This document shows positions 53,755 through 64,000 of a stretch of DNA of 64,000 nucleotides, piece by piece. The notes below the pieces were generated by a model that had not been told where the DNA came from, made no database searches, and saw only the letters and a list, made by a program, of their open reading frames with translations. This stretch comes from Balamuthia mandrillaris. Its lineage: Eukaryota. A program made the translations under genes and the position numbers. The stretch is taken from contig JAVKOQ020000002.1 in the NCBI GenBank assembly GCA_031835245.2, positions 434,001 to 498,000 on the forward strand, in the 5' to 3' direction. Position 1 is the first letter of the stretch, and each line of letters starts with the position of its first letter.

Positions 53755-55482
53755 ATGGAAGAAGAAAGGAAGAGAGAGGAACGATGGACGCTGCTACGCA
53801 ATGCCACCATCGCCACGATGGACGCGGAGGGTCGTTTTTACAGAAAGGGTTTCCTGCTGGTGAGGAATGACCGCATCGTGGCGCTCTCTTCGTCGGAGGA
53901 GGAGGTGCTGGCCGTCCTTAATGCTGCAGAGGCTCAAGCTGCAGCTCCTCCTGAAGTGGTCGAACTGGACGGGAAGTGGGTGCTACCCGGTTTGATCAAC
54001 ACTCACTGCCATACAAACCAACAACTTGCTCGTGGCCTAGGTTATTGTTATTCTAGATCTTCATTTTTTTTATCCTGCTACTTGATTTTGAAGTCTTCTT
54101 CATTTTTTCTCATACAAAAAAACAGGTGACGATGTGGACCTCACGACGTGGTTGCATGAGCGTATTTGGCCATTCGAGAGCCACATGACTTTTGAGGATT
54201 GCAGGGTCAGCGCCCTGCTCTGCGGTGTGGAGCAGATTCGCAGCGGGGTCACATGCTTTGCCGATGCTGGCGGACAGCACGTCGAGGCCATCGCAGAGGC
54301 TGTCAAAGAGTTGGGCCTGAGAGGCGTGCTTTCCATGTCGGTTATGGACACGGGGGAGGGGTTGCCCGAGGGATGGAAGGCCACCACCACGGAGCAGGTC
54401 ATCGAGCAGCAAGAGCGGTTGTTCGATCAGCTGCATGACACAGCCGACGGTCGCATCAGAATGTGGTTCAATCTTCGCACGTTAATGAACTGCAGCGATG
54501 ACTTAGTTAAGGCGACACAGCAGGCAGCAGGTTTCTCTCTTTCTGACTTGTGTTTCGTCCCTCTTACTTGTAGTGTTTTAATGTCTTGTTTTTGTAAGAT
54601 AAGAGAGGTGTAGGTATTCATATGCATGTCGCTGAGTTCAAGTTCGAAGTAGACTTGATCCAACGGACGAGGGGTTCCCCAACCGTCACACATCTGCATA
54701 AACTTGGATGTCTTTCTCATAATCTACTGGCGGTGCACTCAGTACACCTCACGCCCGAAGAGCTTCAACTCTACAAGAAGAACAACGTCAAAGTCTCTCA
54801 TTGCCCTGCAGCCGGTTAGTATGGTCTCTTTACTCCTTTTGTTCAGTTTGCAGAGCGACATTAAACAACTGTCTGCCTTATATTCCAACAGCAATGCGTT
54901 ATTTAGGCTTTCCATTGATCCCAGAAATGATCGCAGAGGGAATAACAGTCGGGCTGGGTACAGATGGAGCGCCATCCAACAACAGGATGAGCATCGTGGA
55001 TGAAATGTGGTTGGCCAATCTCCTTCATAAAGTCCGAACAAATGACCCGCAGGTCATGCCTTCTTCGGCCGTTCTCTCGATGGCCACTCTTCAGGGAGCC
55101 AAGTGCTTGTTGTGGGATAACGAAATAGGTTCCCTGGTACGTTTTCTTCTTTTGTTTATTCGTTTTGTCTTTATCTCTCATTCTCTTAAAAAACTGGACT
55201 TACTGTTGCATGTTGCTCGTTTTGAACAAAAAGAAAGTGGGCAAAAAAGCAGACCTGATCGTGATAAATCCAGACACAGCAAACATGCTCCCCGTTCATC
55301 AATTCGCGCTCTCCAACCTGGTAACTGCCATGCAAAGCCATAACGTGGAGAGCGTGATGGTGAACGGACGATGGCTGATGCGAGATCACAACATTCTCTG
55401 CGTGGATGAGAAGGCAGTTCTGGCTGCAGCCAAACGCCACGCCAAAGATATATTCGATAGAGCTGGTTTGGTCCTTCCGTAG
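53755..55482 (+). CDS. Metal-dependent amidohydrolase, MTA/SAH deaminase (MtaD/SsnA/AtzA)-like, multi-exon
   Basis: LPGLINTHCH (HxH), RGLGDDVDLTTWLHERIWP, SGVTCFAD, IHMHVAE, LAVHSVHL, SHCP, GLGTDGAPSNN, MATLQGAKCL, IGSL/VGKKADLI. Confidence 0.9.
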
Positions 55483-55542
55483 GTGTGTTCTATCTCAAGC
55501 CTTTCTTCTTGAAAATGAAAAATGGTGGTTGCTACTTTGCAT

Positions 55543-56195
55543 CTACTTCTTTTGAAACCAAAACACATCAGTGAGGTAAGGATAGGATACTTCCTCGGTG
55601 GCACTGCTTTCCTTGGCGAATTCAGGTATGTTCTCTTCCAACAGCTGCATGACCTTTTGCCTCAGCTCTTCCTTCTGCTGGGAGTCCAGGCTGGCAATGT
55701 AACTCTTGGACAGGATTCTGCCCCAGATCTTTTGCTTGTCGCAACGTATAACTTGGGAGAACTGCTTGTGGGACAGGGGTAAGGCAAACATTCCCTGGAC
55801 CTCTTCCTTGGATCCCTCTTCCTCAAAGACCTTTCGCCACAAGCCAAGACGGTATTGTGGGGTGCCGACCTCGTAGCTCTCGTAGAGGTCACGAAGCTTG
55901 GCCACCCATGGGCAGGCGCTTCTGTCCTCCAGGTTCCAGATGAGAGCAACTTTGCCTCCTGGTTTCAGAACCCTGTGCATTTCTTGTTTGTTCGTGCGTG
56001 AGTTCGTGTTTCAGTTTTGTCGTTTCTCTTTTTGTCAGTTTACCTTTGAGAGATGTTAGATTGGCAAACCAATGGAAAGCTTGCGCGATGACTATTGCAT
56101 CCACCGACTCGTCATCGAGAGGGATTGCCGCCGCTGACCCTACAGCATATGAGAAGAATGACGACGAACAATAAAGAGTAACGTGAGCGAGCTAG

Positions 56196-56231
<36 letters not shown>

Positions 56232-56762
56232 GACAAAGAGACGCCACAACGAACGAAACAGGAGCAAAGAGAGCATGAGAGGCACCTGCCAACACCGTTA
56301 CTTGAGGCACCTGAGAGGAGAGCTTTGCACGCATCTCGGCAACCGGTTCCACCGCGTGGAGCGTACAACCACATTCCTCAAGCAGCTGCCGCGTGAACTT
56401 TCCTGTTCCTGAAACAAAAACGTTACATCGTACGTTTCAATACACAAAAAAAAAACCAAGAGAATCTTTGTAAAAAACAATGGGTTGTTTAAATCTACCT
56501 GCCCCAAGCTCACAAACGATGGACTGAGAGGATAGCCCCAAATTTTCAACAACATAACGAACAGCCACCACGGGATAAGAGGGTCGGCTCCTTTCATACT
56601 CATCAGCCTTGGTGATGATCGCAATCAACGAAAATCAAGTCAACAAAAAAGAAAGAAAGAAAGAGGAAAAGACATGACATAACGCCCACTCACTTCTGCG
56701 CCAAAGCCAGCAGCTGCTACGCGATGCACGTCGCCGTACTCCCCTCCCGCAGTTTCCTCCAT
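55543..56762 (-). CDS. Class I SAM-dependent methyltransferase (Methyltransf_11-like), multi-exon
   Basis: VHRVAAAGFGAE/ADEYERSRPSYP; motif I CELGAG/TGKFT; AVEPVAEM; GSAAAIPLDDESVDAIVIAQAFHWF; HRVLKPGGKVALIWN. Confidence 0.9.
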
Positions 56763-57002
56763 GTTCGCTCGCGCTGCTTTCTTCTTTTTCTCTGCGTAAT
56801 GGCGCCACAAAGAATTTTAAGGTGACACGTCATGTTCTTTTAAGGTGTTGCACGGAAAAAAGGAATAAATAAATTGATTAGCCCCTCAGGTGCAACGTCA
56901 CTTCGGAAAATAAACATAAAAATAAACATAAAAATAAGAAAAAAATGTTATAAAACCAAAAAAAAATAAATAGAGAGAACATAAAATAATAGCACAAAGC
57001 GG

Positions 57003-57449
57003 ATGGCATCGTCCTACCTTTCCGTGGCGGTGGTGGGCGCCAAAGACCCCATCTTTGGGTCGTTTGGCGATCTGGATGTGTTCCGACCGGATGAGGGCAG
57101 GAACATATCTGACATCAGAGATTCGGCGGAGCACAACATCCACAACAACAGGGGTCGAAGAGGGATGGAAGCACCGGAGCAAGCGAGACCGCTGCAGCGC
57201 GAGGGCTCTTATCCGCAGGAGCTGAACCCATTTTGGCATGCAGGCAGGGAGGAGGAGGAGGAAGAAGGAGAGGAGCAATCGGAAGAGAAGGGAGTCAACA
57301 GGGAGTACCTAGAGTACTCGGGACCAGTAAATATTACGGCTTCGCCAGGAACGGAGGAACCGGGAGACCAGGAGTACGATGACTCTCCATACAATAACCA
57401 CAAAGTATGATACTACTTCTTGCATTTTTCTTCTCTTCTCTCGCTTCCA

Positions 57450-57493
<44 letters not shown>

Positions 57494-58465
57494 TGTCTGT
57501 CTCTCTTCGGTTCCTTATTTTCTTTATTTTTTTAAATATTGATCCGCTAATTATGTTTACCCAGTTTATCCAAAGCTCGGAGCGAGACATGGTTACAACG
57601 GATGAGCCTCCTCTTGCTCCTCTGACCTCTTCTCAAGACAAGCAAGAACAGCAAGAAAAGAAAGAACGAAAAGCGGAAGCGGAAGCGGCAAACCCTAAGG
57701 AAAAAGAGGCCAAGAACTTTCAGCGGAAAGCTTCGTTGGTGTTTGACTGGTTCCCAAAGCAAAAGGTGCACGAGTCCCAAATGGTACGCCTCATAAAGGT
57801 CAACTGCCTCGTCAAAGGAGACAGGCTTCATTGCACGCCTGGGTTGAAGTGGCTTGTAGCCGTGGACAACACGCCGGCATCTGTCCGGGCCGTGAACCAC
57901 GCTATCGAGAAGGCCAATCCTGATGACCACATCATCATTCTTAACGGTTTGTTCGTTTGTTTCTGTTTTTTTAAATAAGTTCGCTCATGAAACAAACAAA
58001 AATAGCACGAGTAATGGGTCCATACGATACGTTAGAGGACACATATCAGACGTGGAGACGAGCTGTGTTCGTTTGTCGCAAGTTCAAGAAAATGTTGGTT
58101 GATGCTAAAAAGGTACCGTTAACGTACTCTCTCTCTCTCTCTCTCTCTAGATCTAGTTTCTCTTTTGCTTTGTTAACATACGACAACAACCCTCAACAGG
58201 AGCATACTGTACTGATACCTGTCTATAAAGATCCTCGCAAGATAACAGTGCACATGGCCAAGAAACTGAAAGTTCAATACATAGTGCTAGGCAAGCACGG
58301 CGCCGAAGACAAGAAGAGTCGGGTGAAGAACTTGTACGTCGTATTCTCTTTTTCAATGCGTTTTTCTTAGTTTTTTTTTTTTTGTTTGGCTGCAGACACT
58401 TTAGAAGCTTTACAACGTATGTGCGTCACGCTCGCAGCTTTCCCGGTGAAGTCTTTGTCGTCTAA
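57003..58465 (+). CDS. Universal stress protein (USP) domain protein with long acidic N-terminal extension, multi-exon
   Basis: KWLVAVDNTPASVRAVNHAIEKANPDDHIIILN; KDPRKITVHMAKKLKVQYIVLGKHG; last exon ends EVFVV* at 58465. Confidence 0.75.
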
Positions 58466-58582
58466 CTTTAACATTCACCTTCTTTTTTCCTCTCCCTGGG
58501 AAATAGTTTCCCTTCTCATTTGTTCGTATAAAATACTTTAACACAAACCGTTGTCTTATCATACAAGTTCTTACATCAACTC

Positions 58583-59355
58583 TTAAGACCCGAACAACGT
58601 CTCCTCAATCCTTTTTACAAGAGGGGAGGTGTAACCTGATTTACTTTCGGATGAGTACATGCGTTCTGACCAGATCTTTTCCAGGATATCATGCAGGTTG
58701 CTTAATCCTTTTTTGTGATACAAGTATGAACGCAAAGAACAAGCAAGAAGGAGAACAATAAAATCTCTTTGAGCAAAACGGAGTTTTTACCTTGAAGGAA
58801 GAGTTTATCCGTTTGGTTCTTTGAAGATTGCGCCACCGAATGAGCAAAGTCTATCAACTAAAATTTTTGGGTTAACAACGAGAGAGGAGAGGAAAGCAGA
58901 GCAAAGTGAGGAAGACAAACGAAGACATCCGCGACGGATGATTCTGCATCATAGAGTAACAACACAGAGGCGCTAAGAAACAGAAACTCCTTTTGGACTT
59001 GAAACCATGCTATCATCTCTTTCAATTTGCTCTGTGTGCATAGCAATATATATGAGAGGTGATGATACGACAGAACAAGAAATGGAAAGACAGAGGGTAC
59101 CAAGAAAGTGGATATGACATCGTAGCGAACGCGACTATCTTCGTCATCTGCACTCACAAACTGCAGAAGAGCGCTTATCATAGTGTAGCGATTGAGAATC
59201 GTCCCATACGCCATATTTCTTTGGACATATTTTCCTGTTGATTGTCGATACACCTTTATTGAAGAGTATGTTACTTCCTTTAAATTTGAACATGAGAGAG
59301 AGAAAGAGGGAGAGAGAGAGAGAGAGAGAGAAAGGGAGAGAGAGAGAGAGAGAGA

Positions 59356-59400
<45 letters not shown>

Positions 59401-61296
59401 TGATACCCGCATGCCTGCTAAACGAAAGCCAAGAGAAGAGGAGGTTGTGACGGTGCTTACGAACGTTTGTTTGATGCCTTTAACCAAACCGGCGGTTGGA
59501 TCCGTGCCTTTAGAGTTTCCGCCACATTTAAAATCAGCCACACAGGGCTTGCTATATCCTTTTGTCAAGTTTTGAAGCTGAATGTATTCTGTTTTATAAA
59601 CGCCAAAAAAAGAAAAATAATAAAATAGCAAAACCAACAAATAAAGAGAAGGATTAGCAAGACTCCAGCCAAGAACAAAGCAGGAAAGAACCAAACCAAA
59701 AGAAGAAAGATGTACCTCTGCCACCAGGAACAGTCTTATTTCCATGGTACTTGCAAAAGAAATGAGCAGGAAAAGTAGGATCTCTTTCGGCTCGCTCTCG
59801 CAAAACCCAATAAAATCGAGCCTCCTTTTGTGTGAGCGGCTTGAAGATTGTGTCACCCGTTTCATCTTTTAACATCGCGTTCTCTCCTTTATGTCCTGCT
59901 ACTTGTTCCTCAAACACACTTAATCCTCCACCACCGTTGCCTTCTAAAGCAGAAGCAGAAGCTGAAGAAGAACAAGAAGGGTGACTTTGCATGACGGAAG
60001 CTATAGCAGACAACCATTTGGTTCTTTCGGTTTCATCTTGACATTGCATCCAGTAAATTCGTTTGGCAAATGAAGAAGAAGGGGGTTCTATGCCAAAGGA
60101 ATGGGGTCTATCCGAATGTTCGGTATAATTATGATGAATGCGACAGTTTCCTTTAAGTTCAACAACACCTGCCAAACTCTCTTCTGCCTTTGTATGATGT
60201 AAAAGCATGAGACATAAAAGAGTGAGACGAGAAACCACAGAGAGCTAAGTGAGAGAGAGAGAGAGAGGGAGAGAGAGAGAATTTACTTTAGCAGCGGTAT
60301 GCGGAATAACCTTGTAGTAATAGAGGCACGCTGGAGACACCGCTGAGGAAAGAATAAAGTAACGCTGCTGCCACCCTGACCGCTTGTTATCTGCTCTGAG
60401 TATAAGTTAGTTATATTCAGGTTGAGAGAAAGAGGTACAAAGGAGAAGAGACTCTTTTTCCATAAGAAGCCTTCCAAGCGATTGTTACGATCGTTATAGA
60501 GTGGTTTGGTAGTTAACGAAGAAAGAGAAGACGAGGAGGAGGAAGGCGAAGCAGAAGCAGAAGAAGATGGTGAGGAAGGCAAAGAAGGATAAAGTGACGA
60601 AGCAGAAGAAGAAGGGGATAATGAAGGGAAAGACGGATACAGCAAAGAGGATGATGATGATGAAGAAGAATGCGCCTGAAGAGAAAAGGAAGGAGACGAA
60701 GAATAGGCAGGAGAGGAAGGAGCAGGATAACATGCAACTGTGGAATGGTGCACTTGTGCTTGCTGCGGTTGCAGTTGTTGTTGTTGCGCGAGACAGAACG
60801 AGTTGTGAGCAACGGCAGAAGAAGAATAACTGTGGAGAAATGGAGGTTGTTGAGAGGAAGGCGGAGGACAAAAGGCGGAAGGAGGAGGAGGAGAAGAAGC
60901 TGAGAAAGAGGACAATAACGTAGGATGGTGAAGAGGTTGAAAAGGGGAATAAGAAGGAGGAGGAGGAGAAGGAGAGTAAGGAGAGAACGAGGGTTGTTGT
61001 GATTGTGGAAGTGATGGCGTTGAGGGTGACGAAGAAGGGTAGAAAGAAGGAAGAGAGGAGAACGAAGTGGAAGGAGAAGACGATGTCATGGAATAGGCAG
61101 GTTGAGGAGGAAGGCGTGAAGAAGACGACGACGACGAAAAAGAAGAGGAGGAAGAAGAGGAGGGTGTCACCAGCTGCATATCAGGAGCCGGAAAGTGTAG
61201 CACGTCCGCCTCTTCACGGCAGGGCAGGGCAGCGCCTCCCACGGGATGGGACGAGCCCAAATGAGGACCACCACCGTAATAGCCCCCTCCTTGCAT
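58583..61296 (-). CDS. PH domain + inositol polyphosphate kinase (IPK family: IPMK/IP6K/IP3K), multi-exon
   Basis: PH: LEGFLWKK, SGWQQRYFIL...LYYYK, FGI...RIYWMQCQDETERTKWLSAI. IPK: QVAGH, KEARFY, YIQLQNLT, PCVADFKCG (PxxxDxKxG), SSLGFRLAGM, SASVLLLYD, LIDFAH, GLSNL. Confidence 0.88.
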
Positions 61297-61602
61297 CTTC
61301 TCACCCCCCTGCTGCTGGTGGTGCTGCTGGTAGTAGTGATGTGCTCTCTTCTGCTGCAGCTGAGGATGAGCTGAAAAATAAAAACTATATTTTTTTCTTT
61401 CATTTTTTTTTTGGGTTTTGAATTAATGAGAGGTGAGGAACCGAGGTGACTTGCGCAACACGTATCTCTGTCTAGGTCATTCGTAGGTTTATGTGGTACA
61501 CCAGAACCTAACCGATTCCTGAATAAGGAGAAAGAAAATGGCAGGGAAATTTCCCGCACAAAAGAAAAAAAAAAGCGGATAACAAAAGAAAAGCAAAAAA
61601 AA

Positions 61603-63033
61603 ATGAGTGGCAGCAACCTCCTCTCTTCTCCTTCTTCTCCTTCTTCTTCTCCTTCTTCTCCTTCTGCTTCTTCTTGTTCTTCTTCTTCTTCTTCTTCTTC
61701 TTCTTCTTCTTCTTCTTCTTCTTCTACTCCTTCTGCCACCCAACGTATTCGAGTTCGCCTGCCCTTTTCTCCTTCTTCCTCTTTGACAAAAGGAGGAGGC
61801 GGAGGGGATGATGGCAGTGGTGGGGCACGTGTGGTCAGCGTGGCTCTGGACGCTCAGGGGAGGGCTGACCTGGACACGTTGGACCCGAGGGCCATTGCTT
61901 TGGAGGACCTCTCGGAGGACCCCCCGTTTCGCATCGGCCGGGACTTTGGGTGCCGCTCCAAAACGGACTCTGCTCATCCGCTTTGTCCCTCGGCCGAGTA
62001 TCGACTCATCGTGGTTCCTTCTTCTATGAGCTCTGACTCTGCTGCTGGCTTCGAGGAAGAAGAAGAGGCAATTGATTTGTACTCCTCTTCTCCTGGCATG
62101 AGCAGCAAGCAAACGAACAACAAGAGTAATAGGGAGGACGGCCAGCCCGTAGAAGTGGTGGACCAACAGCAACAAGAAGAGGAGGAAGAGGAGGAGGAAA
62201 ATAACTTGGCCTCAGATGAGGAGGAAGAGATCAGCACCACAAAACCTCACAGTTCAAGTCCCACGTCGACGCCTTTAACATCCTCTGCTTCCGTTCCAAA
62301 CTCTTCCCCGTCCGCTTCCTTGTCATCTCCCCAAACTCAACAACTGCCAAGAGACAAAAGAGGAGGAGGGAGCAAAGGTTCTTCCAGAAAAGAGAAAGAA
62401 GGAAGTGGCCACTTTTCCAACAAGAACGCAGCATCCTCCGGGCTACTCTTGAGGAAATCCTCTCCAGGAACCACCATTGTAAGAGAAACCGGGAAGGGAA
62501 CGAGCTGTGGAGCGGACTGTGTTCGACTGAGCAGAAAGTACCAGGAACAAAAAGAACGGCTTCGACAGATGGAACAGCGGTTAACTGCCAACGAGAAAAA
62601 AACGGAAGAGCTATTGCGGATAGTCAAGAGGCTGGCCACTAACCTTTCTTCTTCTTCTAATGCTGCCTCAACAATGTTAAAGAGAAGCAAAAGCAGCGGA
62701 GGTTCCTTCCCTCACCTGCGATCTTCTTCTCCTTCTTCTTTTTCTTCCGCATCACCTTCGTCATCTTCCTCGCTTGCCTCTATCGTGGAGGAGTACCAAG
62801 ACGAGGAGCAGAGGGAAGTGGATGAAGCGGAGGAAAACAGTGGCGTATATTGGTCGCCGAGTGGAGTAGAAACAACGGATGATGAGTCGTCTGTGGACAA
62901 TAACAGTGTTGTACACCTGAACGTTGGCGGCACTGAATTCGTCACTCTTCGCTCTACTCTATGCCGGTTCCCTGGTAACTATTTCTTTCTCCTTGTGGTC
63001 CTTCTTTCTTGTTGTTCACTTCATTTCTTTCTT

Positions 63034-63069
<36 letters not shown>

Positions 63070-64000
63070 CCTCCCTCCCTCCCTCCCTCCCCTCCCTCCC
63101 TCCCTCCCCTCCCTCCCTCCCTCCCTCCCTCCCTCCCTCCCTCCCTCCCTCCCTCCCTCCCCTCCCTCCCTCCCTCCCTCCTCCCTCCCTCCCCCTCCCT
63201 CTCCTCCCTCCCTCCCTCCCTCCCTCCCTCCCTCCCTCCCTCCCTCCCTCCCTCCCTCCCTCCCTCCCTCCCTCCCTCCTCCCCTCCCTCCCCTCCCTCC
63301 CTCCCTCCCTCTCTCTCTCTCAGGTACATTCCTGGAAGCAATGTTCAGCGGAAGACACTCTCCCCAACGAGACCCAAAGACCGGCCACTATTTTATCGAC
63401 CGCAGTCCCAAATACTTCCCGATGATCCTCGACTTTCTTCGCGACCAATCTGTGCCGCCTCTTCTTCCTCCAGCTTCCAAAGACTCTTCTCCTTCCGCCT
63501 CCCACTCAGACGACTCTTCCTCCTCCTCCTCTTCCTCTTCTTCTTCACTTTCTCCTCTTCTGGATCGCGAGCGTGAACTTATCCTTCGTGAGGTGGAGTA
63601 TTATGGCCTAAAAGAGTACATGTTCCCTCTGGAAACCGCCAAAGAGCTCTGCGAGAGGGGTTACGCCTTCACCAAAGGACATGGGGTGAAGAAAGACCTC
63701 AAAAAGGCCGTGGAGTTGCTGCAAAAGGCTGCAGACCTGGGGGATGCCAAGGCCCAGAACCGTCTGGCCATGTGCTATTACAACGGGGAAGGGGTGGAGC
63801 AGGATTACAGCCGGGCTGTTCCCCTCTATGAGAAGGCGGCGCAGCAGGACTTGGCCTGGGCTCAGTATAACCTGGGGTTGTGCTACAAGAATGGGTATGG
63901 AGTGGAGCCAGCCAGGGACGTTGCCATACAGTGGTTCAAGAAGGCGGCTCATCATGGTCACGTTAAAGCCAGGCACAAGCTGCATGTCATGGGGGTGCAT
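61603..64000 (+). CDS. Coiled-coil + KCTD-type BTB/POZ + Sel1 repeat protein (3' truncated by window)
   Basis: VHLNVGGTEFVTLRSTLCRFPG/TFLEAMFSG...YFIDRSPKYFPMILDFLR...REVEYYGL (BTB_2). Sel1 repeats GVKKDLKKAVELLQKAADLGDAKAQNRLAMCYYNGEGVEQD and AQYNLGLCYKNGYGV. Confidence 0.88.
63037..63320. repeat. (CT)n/(CCCT)n pure-pyrimidine tract in an intron of the BTB-Sel1 gene
   Basis: About 280 nt of C/T only, ending at the acceptor cag ~63321-63323. Confidence 0.92.

Noticed and set aside
63009..63425. Proline-rich (SLPP)n extension of the BTB protein
   Set aside because: Intron with GT-AG ends; removing it restores the BTB consensus RFPG/TFLEAMFSG.

Overview
Gene-dense eukaryotic DNA with many short GT-AG introns that are pyrimidine (CT)-rich on the sense strand, short intergenic spacers and abundant simple repeats. 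The gene content and style suggest a free-living amoeba (Amoebozoa, Balamuthia/Acanthamoeba-like); this is inference, not proven. About 24 protein-coding loci could be assembled by hand across introns. Recognisable housekeeping genes are MRI1, a UBE2D/UBC4 E2, a choline/ethanolamine kinase, a glutaredoxin, UNG, RAD1, PSMG3, an amidohydrolase, a SAM methyltransferase and a USP protein. Unusual multidomain proteins are C2-SPRY-DCN1, a five-SAM protein, CH-CH-charged helix-C2, a head-only vinculin/alpha-catenin-like protein, a full alsin-type RCC1-DH-PH-MORN-VPS9 GEF, a NECAP-like PH fusion, a PH-inositol polyphosphate kinase and BTB-Sel1. The most striking element is a tandem pair of single-pass receptor kinases at 32.2-41.0 kb. 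Each has an intronless, bacterial-looking FG-GAP beta-propeller ectodomain and a tyrosine-kinase-type HRDIAARN catalytic loop; one copy carries three lesions, and the pair shows a mosaic identity pattern. No rRNA, tRNA, CRISPR array or recognisable transposon was seen. Exon boundaries were read by eye, and domain calls come from motif recognition, not database searches.
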